From Bacteroidota bacterium (GTDB taxonomy: Bacteria > Bacillota > UBA4882 > JAAYXC01): a DNA stretch of 64,000 nt. The stretch lies in assembly GCA_050260415.1 (NCBI GenBank), contig JBLNCE010000111.1, positions 41,798-105,797 of the forward strand. Reading direction: 5' to 3'. Within the stretch, counting starts at the first letter, position 1. Each line of letters opens with the position of its first letter. A program made the position numbers and the translations under genes. A model generated the notes under the pieces. It was given only the letters and a program-made list of their open reading frames with translations, did not search any database and was not told where the DNA came from. Positions 1 through 9,805 of this stretch are shown in pieces.

Positions 1-378
1 GTCGTCGTGGCCACGGTTGATAATGACGGACAGCCGCATACCGCGCCCTATAACCAGATCATGGCCGTCGATCCCAAACATCTGCGGCTGGCGATCAATC
101 GGCATGATTCGACTTACCGCGCGCTCCGCGATTACGGCCTGACCATGATCGAGGTCCTCGCGGAAGGAGACACCGCCGCCGGTATCAAAGGTCATGCCAC
201 CGTCCTGCGCGAGCGGATGGAGGTCAATTGCAATCTGGCCATGGTCGAGATCGAGGTCGATGAGGTAAAACGCGATAATTCACCATACTATCTCGTAGTG
301 CAGGGCGTGATCGCCCGGCATCGCCAGGAGCCGATCCTGCTCTACCAGCGGCACGTCATGAACGAATTGCGCGGTTAA
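1..378 (+). CDS. pyridoxamine 5'-phosphate oxidase-like (FMN-binding split-barrel) family protein, 5' end outside window
   Basis: The frame is open from nt 1 to TAA at 376-378. The segment ATVDNDGQPHTAPY and the size fit the PNPOx-like family. The family call is from motif memory only. Confidence 0.5.
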   Translation, partial: VVVATVDNDGQPHTAPYNQIMAVDPKHLRLAINRHDSTYRALRDYGLTMIEVLAEGDTAAGIKGHATVLRERMEVNCNLAMVEIEVDEVKRDNSPYYLVVQGVIARHRQEPILLYQRHVMNELRG

Positions 379-417
379 ACTGCTTGGCGGCCATAGAAAG
401 CTCCGGGGGGATTGGGC

Positions 418-1812
418 ATGCAAGCATTGGACAGGCTCATCGAGACCAGACAAGAGGAAATGATCGAAGATCTCAAGCGGCTCGTGGCCATCGAGAGCAT
501 CAAGGCGCCGGGGGCGCCCGGCGCGCCTTTTGGGCCGGGTATCCGCGCCGCGCTCGATCTCGTCCTCGACAAGGGCCGCGCCATGGGTTTCACCGTCAAG
601 GACGTGGACGGTTACGCGGGCCACATCGAATATGGCGAGGGCGAAGAACTCGTAGGCGTGCTTGTCCATCTCGACGTGGTACCCGCGGGCGATAATTGGA
701 CCAAACCGGCGTTCGGCGGACAGATAGCGGACGGGCGTCTATACGGACGGGGCGCCGTCGACGACAAAGGACCGGCGATCGCCTGTCTCCACGCCATGGC
801 CGCCCTGCGCGAGAGCGGCCTGAGGCCGAAGCGCCGCCTGCGGCTCATCCTCGGCTGCGACGAAGAGAGCGGCTGGGAGTGCATCCGCCACTATTTCGAG
901 GTCGAGGAACGGCCGCGCTACGGCTTCTCGCCCGACGCCGAGTTTCCGCTGATCTCGGCGGAAAAGGGCTCGCTGGCCTTGGAGATGAAACGCGCCTGGG
1001 CCGCCTCCGACACATTTCGGACTTCTATCGGCGCGATGCAGGGCGGCACGCGGCACAATATCGTGCCGGACAACTGCCAGGCTGAGTTGATCCTTTCCGA
1101 AGCGGATTTGTTGCGGGCCCGCGAGGCGCTCAGCCGTTCGGGGATGCCTTTGTACCTGACTGAAACGCCAGGCGGCTTGCTGGTGCAGGCCAGAGGGGTG
1201 GCCGCCCACGCCATGCATCCGCAGAAGGGCGAAAACGCTGTTAGCCGCTTGATCCGGGGCTTGGCAACGCTTGGGCCGATGCTGCCCAAGGAACAGGGCG
1301 AAGTATTGCGTTTCCTCGATGAAGAAATAGGTTTCGCGCACGACGGATCCGCGTTCGGCCTGGCCATGTCCGATGCGGTCTCCGGTCCCTTGACCCTCAA
1401 CCTCGGTACGGTCGCCTGGGACAAGCAAGGGGTCGCCGTGCAGCTGGATGTGCGATACCCTGTCACGGCGGCGAAAGAGCAAATCCTGGGCATAATCGAA
1501 GACCGTGCCCGGCGAATGGGTTTCTGCACCCGGATCATGATCGATATCCCGCCGCTTTATGTGCCCGACGACCATCCGCTCGTCGCCAAACTCGCGCGGG
1601 TATTCATGGAGAAAACCGGCAGTACCGCGCGTCCGCTTGCCATTGGCGGGCGTACCTACGCCTGCGCCATCGGCACCGGCGTTGCTTATGGTCCCGCCTT
1701 TCCGGGCAGCCCCGATCTCGCACACCAACGGGATGAATACATCGGCCTAGATGAGTTGCTGCTCTGCGCGAAGATCTATGCGGGCGCCATGGCGGCGCTG
1801 GTGACTGAATGA
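418..1812 (+). CDS. pepV: M20-family dipeptidase (PepV / Sapep-like)
   Basis: Motifs HLDVVPAGDNW, GRGAVDDKGP, GCDEESGW and PDAEFPLISAEKG are typical of PepV. ATG at 418 lies 7 nt after GGGGGGA. The track start (TTG 412) sits too close to the SD. Confidence 0.85.
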   Translation: MQALDRLIETRQEEMIEDLKRLVAIESIKAPGAPGAPFGPGIRAALDLVLDKGRAMGFTVKDVDGYAGHIEYGEGEELVGVLVHLDVVPAGDNWTKPAFGGQIADGRLYGRGAVDDKGPAIACLHAMAALRESGLRPKRRLRLILGCDEESGWECIRHYFEVEERPRYGFSPDAEFPLISAEKGSLALEMKRAWAASDTFRTSIGAMQGGTRHNIVPDNCQAELILSEADLLRAREALSRSGMPLYLTETPGGLLVQARGVAAHAMHPQKGENAVSRLIRGLATLGPMLPKEQGEVLRFLDEEIGFAHDGSAFGLAMSDAVSGPLTLNLGTVAWDKQGVAVQLDVRYPVTAAKEQILGIIEDRARRMGFCTRIMIDIPPLYVPDDHPLVAKLARVFMEKTGSTARPLAIGGRTYACAIGTGVAYGPAFPGSPDLAHQRDEYIGLDELLLCAKIYAGAMAALVTE

Positions 1813-1911
1813 GCCGTTTACGCTTGCGAAGCCATGCGATAAACCCCGGAGAACCGTATCTCTGGCTCCGCAGCTAATCGGCATGTCTTTTGCCTCACGG
1901 CCGGCGTTGGT

Positions 1912-2733
1912 TTACGCCGTAATAGGCAAGGGCGCCCCCGTGCCCGCTTGGATGGCCGCGCGCAATGTATCCCCCCGCAGCCCGATCCTGAGGGCCTCGA
2001 GCGCCAGGATGTCCGACGGCGGGATGTTGCCCAGGTTGACATTGGGACCGTAGGATAGGATTAGTTCCTCCTGTTGGTTTTTGCGCGGCGCTTCCCAGAT
2101 GACATGGGAGAGGGGCAGCCGTTCCGCCAAGGCTGTGAGTCGGTCCTCGACGATCTCTCCATCCACCCCAAAGATGCCTACGCCACTCCCGGATTCGCGC
2201 CCCTCGATGATGACCATGGCGGCGCCGGCTTTTAGATCCGAGATCGCCGTCTCGATCTGGCTCTCGAGGGATGGCTGGTCGCCGGGATGCTTCTTGCCGA
2301 CCTCGGTCACGACGCGGAACCCCTTGTCACGGGCGGACAGGATCGCCGCCAGGCGCCGATCGTGGGCCAGAGTGATGGTTCCATCGGAGATCTCCAGCGT
2401 GTCAAATCCTAATTGGGCGGCCCGTTCAAGATAGGCATCCCACCGGCCTTGCAAGAGCGCCACCTCGGCAAAGGTACCACCCGGCATGATGCCGACCCGG
2501 TGCGCCTTGACCATCGCGGTCTTCTCGCGGAGCATCTCCGCGGGATAGAAAGCCGATGTACCAAAGGACAACTTAAGCAGATCGATATAATCCCCGGCCA
2601 GGTCGAGCAAGTCTTCCGTCGCCGCGAGCCCGAGCCCTTTGTCGATCACCATTGTCCAGCCCGAATTCCTTGGTTTAGCCATCCGGCCCTCGACCGGCGC
2701 GGACAATACCCCGTCCCAAGCCTTCCCCAACAT
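1912..2733 (-). CDS. phosphosulfolactate synthase (ComA/YitD family)
   Basis: KPRNSGWTMVIDKGLG, YIDLLKLSFGTSA, GGTFAEVA and EISDGTI match the (2R)-phospho-3-sulfolactate synthase family. ATG at 2733 is preceded by GGGGGTG plus 5 nt. Confidence 0.8.
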   Translation of the reverse strand: MLGKAWDGVLSAPVEGRMAKPRNSGWTMVIDKGLGLAATEDLLDLAGDYIDLLKLSFGTSAFYPAEMLREKTAMVKAHRVGIMPGGTFAEVALLQGRWDAYLERAAQLGFDTLEISDGTITLAHDRRLAAILSARDKGFRVVTEVGKKHPGDQPSLESQIETAISDLKAGAAMVIIEGRESGSGVGIFGVDGEIVEDRLTALAERLPLSHVIWEAPRKNQQEELILSYGPNVNLGNIPPSDILALEALRIGLRGDTLRAAIQAGTGAPLPITA

Positions 2734-2928
2734 GTGCACACCCCCGCAAGCAGTCTATTCGCTTCTGGTCTGACTGGTGTCCCAAGCGCCCGGACTTGAC
2801 AAAGGCAAGCGGTAAAGGGCCATAGTTGACAGGCGGGGGCCGGCGATCGATCTTACCAAAACCCTTTTTTGGCGCGTATGAACCGGCCGGGAAAGACATA
2901 GAGTTAGATCAGGCCGGGGGGGAAGAGC

Positions 2929-3387
2929 ATGATCCATGATAACCTGGTGCTCCTGCTCATCTTCTCTCTCGGCCTTGCTTTCGGCAACCGGCTGGTCGCA
3001 GGCGCATCCGGCATGACCCTGGTCCTGAAAATGATGGGGACCGCATCGCTCATCAAGCTTCTGGAGCGAAGAGCACTGGATGCGGGGCTCTTTTTTTTGT
3101 TGCTCGCCGTCTTGGTACCATTTGCCACCGGGCAGGTCGGGCCGCGTGAGATCATGGCCACTTTCCGCAATATACCGGGGCTGATCGCCGTATTGGGGGG
3201 GGCAATCGCGGCTTATCTTTGCGGGCAGGGGGTTACGTTGCTCCAGGTCCGGCCGGAGGTCACGGTGGGTTTGATCGTCGGCACGATCGTAGGCGTCGCG
3301 CTGCTAAGAGGGGTGCCTGTCGGGCCTCTTGCGGCGGCGGGCTTGACAGCCGTCCTGCTGAACCTGTTTGGTTTGGGAAAACGTTGA
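2929..3387 (+). CDS. DUF441 (UPF0756, YtwI-like) membrane protein
   Basis: About 150 aa with 4 TM segments. LAVLVPFATGQVG and GTIVGVALLRGVPVGPL align with B. subtilis YtwI from memory. Confidence 0.8.
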   Translation: MIHDNLVLLLIFSLGLAFGNRLVAGASGMTLVLKMMGTASLIKLLERRALDAGLFFLLLAVLVPFATGQVGPREIMATFRNIPGLIAVLGGAIAAYLCGQGVTLLQVRPEVTVGLIVGTIVGVALLRGVPVGPLAAAGLTAVLLNLFGLGKR

Positions 3388-3466
3388 CGCATGGTCGCGA
3401 ACCAGGTCACGCGCCGCGCGCTACCCACGTAAGGGATAGAGGTCATCCCCCCGGGAGGCGAAGATC

Positions 3467-3733
3467 TTGACCTACCGTTCCGCTCTCAGCAGTATGGCTA
3501 CGCTCAGATTGCTCTCCGGCTTGCTGGAAATCATCGCCGCCTTAATTTTCCTGCGCCTGGGCAAGGTGGAGGCGGCTTTACGCATCAACGCCTTCTTGGG
3601 CCTCGTGGGCCCATTGGTCTTTGTCCTGGTGAGTATCTTTGGGATCGTGGCTGTGGCCGTACGTCTTTCGCCCTTGAAGATCATCCTGCTTACCGCGGGG
3701 ACGCTCCTGGTTTTGGCAGGGACGAAAGTGTAA
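3467..3733 (+). CDS. DUF2619 (YqhV-like) small membrane protein
   Basis: 88 aa. LRLLSGLLEIIAALIFL and LGLVGPLVFVLV align with B. subtilis YqhV. GGGAGG lies 8 nt before TTG. Confidence 0.8.
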   Translation: MTYRSALSSMATLRLLSGLLEIIAALIFLRLGKVEAALRINAFLGLVGPLVFVLVSIFGIVAVAVRLSPLKIILLTAGTLLVLAGTKV

Positions 3734-3747
3734 AGTGAAGGCGGCAT

Positions 3748-3823
3748 ACGGCTTTGACCTGGCCAATTGCTTGACGTATCTCTCCGCGTCTCCGCGCCTC
3801 TGCGGGACAATGGGCTTTTTCAC
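3748..3823 (+). repeat. dispersed ~75-nt repeat, copy 1 (core GCGTCTCCGCGCC.CTGCGGGA)
   Basis: Aligns by eye at roughly 80 percent identity with 44819-44893. Lies between convergent genes. Confidence 0.6.
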
Positions 3824-3886
3824 AACTTCTGCGCGAGGCCGTGATTGGCCGCCGAGTCGCGGTGGCGCACGGCGTCTACTTGCTTT

Positions 3887-4582
3887 TCACTTCTTCCTCT
3901 TGCCTCTATTAACCGCCCGGCTCGCGAAAACTTGGGCGGCGGCCCAAACTTGGCGGCCCCGGTGGAGGAAACCCGCGAGGGTGCGCCCGGTCTCGGCGTG
4001 CGACATCGGTACGGGAATCTCAAGGATGCGCGCGCCCAGACGATGGAGATCGATCGTCAGCGCCGGTTCGCAGCCCCAACCTGGCGCAAAGCCGGACAAG
4101 CCTCCGAGGATCTTGGCGGCCAGGACGCGCTGCCCCGACATGGGTGAGGCGAACCAGGTGCCGGTGAAAAGGTAGAGCCCCAGGCGGCAGAATCCCTTGG
4201 CCAGACCGAAACCGCCGCGCCGCTTGGGCGGTGGGAAACGGGCGATGGTCATTTCCGCCGCGCCGTCCAGAACGGGCTTGAGGAGCTGGCCGAAGGCGCG
4301 CGCCGACGGCCCAAGATCGCTGTCGACGAGGGCTAGGGCCAGATATTGTCTGCCCCGCAGATGGGCCAGGCCGGTATTTAGAGCGGCGCCCTTACCCCGG
4401 TTGATCGGGTGTGTTACCAGTTCCACGGCCGCCTGCCGCGCGATCTCGGCCGTACGATCGGTCGAGCCGTCATCGACAACCAGAATGGCGTCCACCTCGG
4501 GCAAGAGCCTGAGAGCCTCGATGGTCGGTCCGAGCGTGGATTCGGCGTTGTACGCGGGTATGAGGGCCACGGCGCGCATCAT
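3887..4582 (-). CDS. family 2 glycosyltransferase (short, ~230 aa)
   Basis: IPAYNAE, VVDDGSTDRT and NRGKGAAL are GT2 signatures. GGGAGTGG lies 7 nt before ATG. Confidence 0.75.
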   Translation of the reverse strand: MMRAVALIPAYNAESTLGPTIEALRLLPEVDAILVVDDGSTDRTAEIARQAAVELVTHPINRGKGAALNTGLAHLRGRQYLALALVDSDLGPSARAFGQLLKPVLDGAAEMTIARFPPPKRRGGFGLAKGFCRLGLYLFTGTWFASPMSGQRVLAAKILGGLSGFAPGWGCEPALTIDLHRLGARILEIPVPMSHAETGRTLAGFLHRGRQVWAAAQVFASRAVNRGKRKK

Positions 4583-4715
4583 CTTAATGCCACTCCCGTT
4601 TCGCTTTGTGCTCTCTATTCGCCCGCCGGGAGGTTTATCCTGCCGCGGTGAAAAACTTGCGCGGCGGCGGGATTATTCGATGTGGTCGGTCGCATACTAG
4701 CCGTTGGTGGTTTGA

Positions 4716-5504
4716 TTGAAAGAAACGGACACGAAGATCGGACTCGAAACCTCGCCGGAGCCGGAGCCCGAACCCGACGTACCGCGCCCCGGACGGGAAA
4801 ATCCCCTGAAGAGCAGGTTGGTTTTGCGGAGCTTGCGCCAGCTTGGACAGATGGCCCCTCCGCAAATAGCGGAATCGCCGATTCACTGCATGACCATCGT
4901 GGGGCAGATCGAAGGTCATCTCGTGCTGCCGCCCAAGAACAAGACCACAAAGTACGAGCATCTCATCCCCCAACTGGTCGCCATCGAACAAAATGCCCGC
5001 ATCAAGGGACTGCTCGTCATCCTCAATACCGTGGGCGGGGACGTTGAGGCAGGCCTGGCGATCGCGGAGATGATCGTGAGCCTCAGCAAGCCCACCGTAT
5101 CTCTGGTCCTGGGAGGCGGGCACAGCATCGGGGGGCCGGTAGCCGTCTCCGCCGACTACTCGTTTATCGCGGAAACCGCCACGATGACCATTCATCCCCT
5201 GCGGCTCTCAGGCATGGTCGTCGGTGTGCCGCAGACCTATGAATATCTTGAGAAGATGCAGGATCGGGTCATCAAGTTCGTGACCCGGCACTCCAGAGTA
5301 AGCGAGGAACGATTCAGGGAACTGATGTTCAGGACCGGCGATCTGGTGCGGGATATCGGCACGGTCTTGGTCGGACGCGATGCGGTAACCTGCGGACTTA
5401 TCGACGAGGTCGGCGGTCTCAGCCAAGCCGTGCGGAAGCTGGAAGCGTTGATTGCGGAAGGGCGGCCGTCGCGCGGCCCCGAGGCGGGAGGCGCGCGCCA
5501 ATGA
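4716..5504 (+). CDS. tepA: ClpP-fold serine protease-like protein (TepA/YmfB family)
   Basis: [30 protein letters not shown] and [11 protein letters not shown] fit TepA. It is followed by a ylzJ-like gene, as in Bacillus. Confidence 0.75.
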   Translation: MKETDTKIGLETSPEPEPEPDVPRPGRENPLKSRLVLRSLRQLGQMAPPQIAESPIHCMTIVGQIEGHLVLPPKNKTTKYEHLIPQLVAIEQNARIKGLLVILNTVGGDVEAGLAIAEMIVSLSKPTVSLVLGGGHSIGGPVAVSADYSFIAETATMTIHPLRLSGMVVGVPQTYEYLEKMQDRVIKFVTRHSRVSEERFRELMFRTGDLVRDIGTVLVGRDAVTCGLIDEVGGLSQAVRKLEALIAEGRPSRGPEAGGARQ

Positions 5505-5734
5505 CGCTGATGTTCCTTTATACGATTGTGCCGGCGGAGATAATCTTCGCCGACGAAGAGGACGATGGTGCGCGCGTTCCCGCGGGAGAACAGTTGGTGG
5601 AGATGGCGGGCGGCGTGCGCCTCCTCGTTCAGCGCGACGGCAAAGGGGGAGCCACGGTCAGCCGGTTGCTCTCCACGGACCCGCAGGACTTTCTCGACGC
5701 GCGTTGGCAACCCGGCAACAGAGTCTGGGGTTAG
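5501..5734 (+). CDS. YlzJ-like protein
   Basis: 77 aa, coupled to tepA through an ATGA overlap. The LYTIVP..EIIF start is typical of the YlzJ-like family. Confidence 0.65.
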   Translation: MTLMFLYTIVPAEIIFADEEDDGARVPAGEQLVEMAGGVRLLVQRDGKGGATVSRLLSTDPQDFLDARWQPGNRVWG

Positions 5735-5760
5735 CAGGGGCGTTTTTTCAACGCCCCTGC
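5734..5760. terminator. strong hairpin between convergent genes (possible bidirectional terminator)
   Basis: GCAGGGGCGT (5734-5743) pairs perfectly with ACGCCCCTGC (5751-5760) around a 7-nt loop. There is no clear flanking U-run. Confidence 0.5.
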
Positions 5761-5766
5761 GTCTTG

Positions 5767-6099
5767 TCATTTGAGACGGGTCGGAATGAACATATCCACG
5801 ATCCCGATCACCAAAGACGCCAGCAAAGCCCCCAGAAGCGACACCGCCATGCCCGGAACCACGAACTGCGTGAGGTAGATAACCACGGCCGAGACCAGGA
5901 AACCAACGACGCCGTGGGCGTAAGGCGATACCTTCTTCCCCAGCAGCAGTTCGATCAGGTAACCGAGGCCGGCTATCACCAGGGCCGCGAGCAACGCGCT
6001 GAAGAAGTTGAGCGCGCTGAAACCCGGCACCAGGTAGCCAATGAACATCAGCACCAGGGCAGCGATTACAAAGCGCAGGATGTGCCGGAGCCAGTCCAC
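5767..6099 (-). CDS. phage-holin-family-4-like (DUF360/YvlD-like) membrane protein
   Basis: About 110 aa with 4 TM segments. GTG at 6099 is preceded by GGGGGTGA. The track ORF start at 6180 adds a non-membrane extension. Confidence 0.6.
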   Translation of the reverse strand: MDWLRHILRFVIAALVLMFIGYLVPGFSALNFFSALLAALVIAGLGYLIELLLGKKVSPYAHGVVGFLVSAVVIYLTQFVVPGMAVSLLGALLASLVIGIVDMFIPTRLK

Positions 6100-6442
6100 T
6101 TTCTCACCCCCTTGATCAGGCCCCTCCCATGCTTCTAGCGTGTCTCGTGCGGGCGCGGCTATACCGGGTACGACGTGCAATTTTATCCTGACTTGGTTTT
6201 GGCAGCGGTGCCGCCAAGATTTTTGCGCTTTTTTTGCGGAGACCGATCTGGGAGGAATAGGCCGCGCGGAGCAGAATATAAACCAGATTCACGCCGGGGT
6301 GCCGCAGGGTCGAGCTTGAAGCGCCCGGGAGGTCTTCGAGACGTCTAGCGAGAAAGAAGGACTCATCACCGCGGTCGAACCCGGCGGGCCGGCCGACCGG
6401 GCCGGCATTCGGCCCGGCGAGAGACTGCTCGCCATCGATGGA

Positions 6443-7651
6443 ATGCCGGTGCAGGATCTCATCGATTACCTGAGCTTGTCGGGAGGCCGGCGGCTAACGC
6501 TCACCCTGGCCGGCGGGGAGACCCAACGGACCGTCAGTATCGTCAAGGGCGAGGACGTTTCGTTGGGGGTTTCTTTCGCCAGTGCCGTGTTTGACGGCGT
6601 CCGCCGCTGCCGCAACCGGTGCGTTTTCTGCTTTGTGGATCAACTGCCGCGCGGGCTCAGAAAGTCACTGTACGTCAAAGACGAGGACTACCGGCTCTCT
6701 TTTCTGCAGGGGAACTACGTGACTCTCCAGGACCTCTCGGCCGCCGATCTCGCGCGGATCGAAAACCATCGGCTAAGTCCACTCTATGTTTCCGTTCATG
6801 CCACGGATCCCGAAGCGCGCGGGCGGTTGTTGGGCCGCACCGGACCCGCCCCCATCCTGCCATTGCTGCAAAGATTGACCAGGCGTGGCATCAAGCTCGA
6901 AGCACAGGCGGTCATCTGTCCGGGCTGGAACGACCGGCAGATCCTGGACGCGACCATCGGCGACCTGGCGCGGCTCTGGCCGGGCGTGCACAGTCTGGCC
7001 GTGGTGCCTGTCGGTTTGACGGCCCATCGGCGTGGCCTGCCTCTCCTGGCACCCTTTACGCGCGAAAGCGCAAAAGAGCTCCTGGCCCAGGTGGATACCT
7101 GGCAGGAACGCCTCTTGCCCGAGATCGGCACGCGATTTGTCTTCGCCGCGGACGAGTTTTACGTGCTTGCCGAAGAAACGGTGCCCGACGCCGCCTATTA
7201 TGAGGATTACGCGCAACTGGAAAACGGCGTCGGCTTGATACGATCCTTCGAAGATGAGTTCCGTTTGGCCTGGCGAAGATGGAGGCCGGTCGTCAAGCGC
7301 GGATGCGTGCGCGTCGTATCCGGAATGGCCGCCCAGCAGATGTGGCAGCGCCTGGCGAGGCTGGTAGGCCGGAGCGGAGTACAGTTGGAAATCGTTGCCG
7401 TGCCCAATCGGCTGCTGGGTGAGGGTATTACCGTGGCGGGGCTCTTAGCCGGGTCGGATATCGTCCATGCTCTAAGCGGACTCGAACGGCGGCCGACGTT
7501 TGTGCCCAGAGTCGCGCTGCAGCGCGGCGGGGACATCTTTCTCGACGGCATGACCGCGGGCGAGTTGGCGGCGATTACGGGAGCGGAGGTGATAGACACG
7601 GACGCCGCCGTCTTTTTGGCGCGGGTCGTCCATGTCTTGGCGCATGACTGA
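6443..7651 (+). CDS. DUF512 radical-SAM-like protein with N-terminal PDZ-like segment
   Basis: The CRNRCVFC (CxxxCxxC) motif and the position upstream of der are typical of DUF512. PDZ-like homology (GLITAVEPGGPADRAGIRPGERLLAIDG) continues upstream of ATG 6443 to about 6356 with no canonical start codon (see findings). Confidence 0.8.
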   Translation: MPVQDLIDYLSLSGGRRLTLTLAGGETQRTVSIVKGEDVSLGVSFASAVFDGVRRCRNRCVFCFVDQLPRGLRKSLYVKDEDYRLSFLQGNYVTLQDLSAADLARIENHRLSPLYVSVHATDPEARGRLLGRTGPAPILPLLQRLTRRGIKLEAQAVICPGWNDRQILDATIGDLARLWPGVHSLAVVPVGLTAHRRGLPLLAPFTRESAKELLAQVDTWQERLLPEIGTRFVFAADEFYVLAEETVPDAAYYEDYAQLENGVGLIRSFEDEFRLAWRRWRPVVKRGCVRVVSGMAAQQMWQRLARLVGRSGVQLEIVAVPNRLLGEGITVAGLLAGSDIVHALSGLERRPTFVPRVALQRGGDIFLDGMTAGELAAITGAEVIDTDAAVFLARVVHVLAHD

Positions 7652-8969
7652 GAGAACCCATGGCGACCGTCCACTGGTGGCAATCGTCGGCCGGCCGAAT
7701 GTGGGGAAATCAACCTTGTTCAACCGGCTGGCCAAAGAACGGATCGCGATCGTGGAAAGCGTACCCGGCGTTACGCGCGACCGGCTTTACGCGCCGGCGA
7801 ACTGGAACGGCCGGGAGTTCCTGCTCGTCGATACCGGCGGGATCACGGACAGCCGCGATTCCTTGGATAAGCAGGTCAGCGATCAAGCGCTCTTGGCGGC
7901 GGCGGAAGCAGATCTCGTCCTCTTTCTGGTCGACGCGCGCGACGGATTGCTGCCGATGGATAAAGAGATCGGCGGCCTCCTGCGCCGGGTTGGTAAACCG
8001 GTTCTGCTCGTCGCCAACAAGGCGGAAAGTATGCCCGCGCCCGAGGCGGAGTTCTATCCCCTGGGCCTCGGGGAGCCCATGCCGCTCTCCGCGGAGCACG
8101 GTCTGCGGGTGGGCGACCTGTTGGACCAGATCGTGGCCCTGCTTCCCCCCGCGGGGACGAACCCCGAGCCGGCGGGCATAGCGGTCGCGGTCGTGGGCCG
8201 CCCCAATGTGGGCAAATCCTCCCTCGTGAACGCGCTTCTCGGCGACAAACGCGTCATTACCGGCGATCGACCGGGCACGACCAGGGACGCCATCGATACC
8301 AAGCTCAGCTACGAGGGGAATGAGCTTACCCTGATCGACACGGCCGGGATACGCCGTTCCGCGCGCGTGGAGGAGCGCATCGAGTATTACAGCGTCCTTC
8401 GGGCGCTAAAGGCCATCGAACGGTGTGACGTGACGCTGCTCGTCCTGGAGGCCGGCGATCCGGCGACCATTCAGGACCAGCACATCGCCGGCATCGCCCA
8501 CGACGCCGGCAAGGCCTGCCTGATCCTGGTCAATAAATGGGATCTGGTGGCAAAGGAAGAAAAAGATACACGCGTATTCAAGGATAGAATCCGCACCGCG
8601 ATGGAGTTCATGGACTACGCGCCCATCGAGTTCATCTCGGCCCGTACCGGCTATGGCATGAAGCACGTGCTGCCGCTCATCATCAGCGCGGCCGCCGAGC
8701 ACGCGCGGCGCATTCCCACCTCGCGCCTGAATGAAGTCCTGAACGAAGCGGTGCTGATGCATGAACCCCCTTCGTATAAAGGCCGAAAACTGCGGCTGTA
8801 TTATGCGTCACAAGTACGCGCCAAGCCGCCCTTGATCGCCATCCAGGTGAACGATCCGGATCTGGTGCATTTTTCGTACCGCCGTTACTTGGAAAACCGT
8901 TTTCGAGAGGCTTTCGGCCTTAGCGGCACGCCCCTTTGGCTCAATTTCAAACCGAGACTTCGTCACTGA
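7632..8969 (+). CDS. der: ribosome-biogenesis GTPase Der (EngA)
   Basis: Two G-domains (GRPNVGKST and GRPNVGKSS, each with a DTAG/DTGG motif) plus a KH-like C-terminus. Alternative start at ATG 7644. Confidence 0.9.
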   Translation: MSWRMTERTHGDRPLVAIVGRPNVGKSTLFNRLAKERIAIVESVPGVTRDRLYAPANWNGREFLLVDTGGITDSRDSLDKQVSDQALLAAAEADLVLFLVDARDGLLPMDKEIGGLLRRVGKPVLLVANKAESMPAPEAEFYPLGLGEPMPLSAEHGLRVGDLLDQIVALLPPAGTNPEPAGIAVAVVGRPNVGKSSLVNALLGDKRVITGDRPGTTRDAIDTKLSYEGNELTLIDTAGIRRSARVEERIEYYSVLRALKAIERCDVTLLVLEAGDPATIQDQHIAGIAHDAGKACLILVNKWDLVAKEEKDTRVFKDRIRTAMEFMDYAPIEFISARTGYGMKHVLPLIISAAAEHARRIPTSRLNEVLNEAVLMHEPPSYKGRKLRLYYASQVRAKPPLIAIQVNDPDLVHFSYRRYLENRFREAFGLSGTPLWLNFKPRLRH

Positions 8970-9145
8970 AGGCATAGTTGAATCCTGGCCAAACCCGGGG
9001 CAGGACTGACACTTGTGGCTATTTGCATGTGTCTAACAACACGAGGGCCGGATTTTAACCGCCAGATAGAAAACGCAGCTCGTCGCTGGTCGCTCGGGGG
9101 ACGGGCACGGATTTTCTCTCTTTATTGTTCCGGAGGCATACCGGG

Positions 9146-9805
9146 GTGATCGATTCTAACCAGCACATGGACAGGGGAGGAACGAAACTGGTTCTCAGAG
9201 TTATCTTGGCGATGATTGGAAGCTACGCGCTTGGCGGCCTGCTCGGTGGAGCACTGGTGGCGAAGCTTCGGGGCGTCGACCTACGCCGCCACGGAAGCGG
9301 AAACATAGGCACCACCAATGTGTTGCGTACCTTGGGACCGCTTTATGCCGTCGCTACCCTGGCCGTGGACGTGGGCAAGGGAAGCGGCGCGGTTATCCTG
9401 GGCCGGTGGACGGGAGTGCCCGGTATCGACGCGTTATGCGGCTTTCTGGTAGTAGCCGGGCATAGCTGGCCATTCTTTTCGGCGATGCGGGGGGGAAAGG
9501 GAATCGCCACCGCCTTGGGCACGCTCATCCTCCTTGCCCCACGAGCGTTGCTCGTTTTGCTGCCGCTCTGGGCGGTGCTTGCCCTTCCCACGGGATTCGT
9601 CTCCCTGGGTTCGGTAACGGCGGCGGCTCTTTTTCCAATCGTAATGTTCGTGGCCGCACGGGGCGCGCCGGACGCGATTTTTCTGGTCGGGTACGCATTT
9701 CTCTGCGCCGTTGTAGTCATCTATCGCCATCGGGAGAACATCATCCGGCTGCGCCAAGGCAAGGAAAGCAGTCTCTGGCGACGCCATAAAAGGGAGACAA
9801 TATGA
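9146..9805 (+). CDS. plsY: glycerol-3-phosphate acyltransferase PlsY
   Basis: HGSGNIGTTNVLRTLG is the PlsY signature. GTG at 9146 lies 8 nt after GGAGG. Alternatives are ATG 9167 and TTG 9125. Confidence 0.85.
   Translation: MIDSNQHMDRGGTKLVLRVILAMIGSYALGGLLGGALVAKLRGVDLRRHGSGNIGTTNVLRTLGPLYAVATLAVDVGKGSGAVILGRWTGVPGIDALCGFLVVAGHSWPFFSAMRGGKGIATALGTLILLAPRALLVLLPLWAVLALPTGFVSLGSVTAAALFPIVMFVAARGAPDAIFLVGYAFLCAVVVIYRHRENIIRLRQGKESSLWRRHKRETI

Noticed and set aside
3771-3811. TTGACG ... GACAAT inside the dispersed repeat as a promoter
   Set aside because: The spacer between the hexamers is 29 nt, far from the 16-18 nt needed. The same holds for copy 2.
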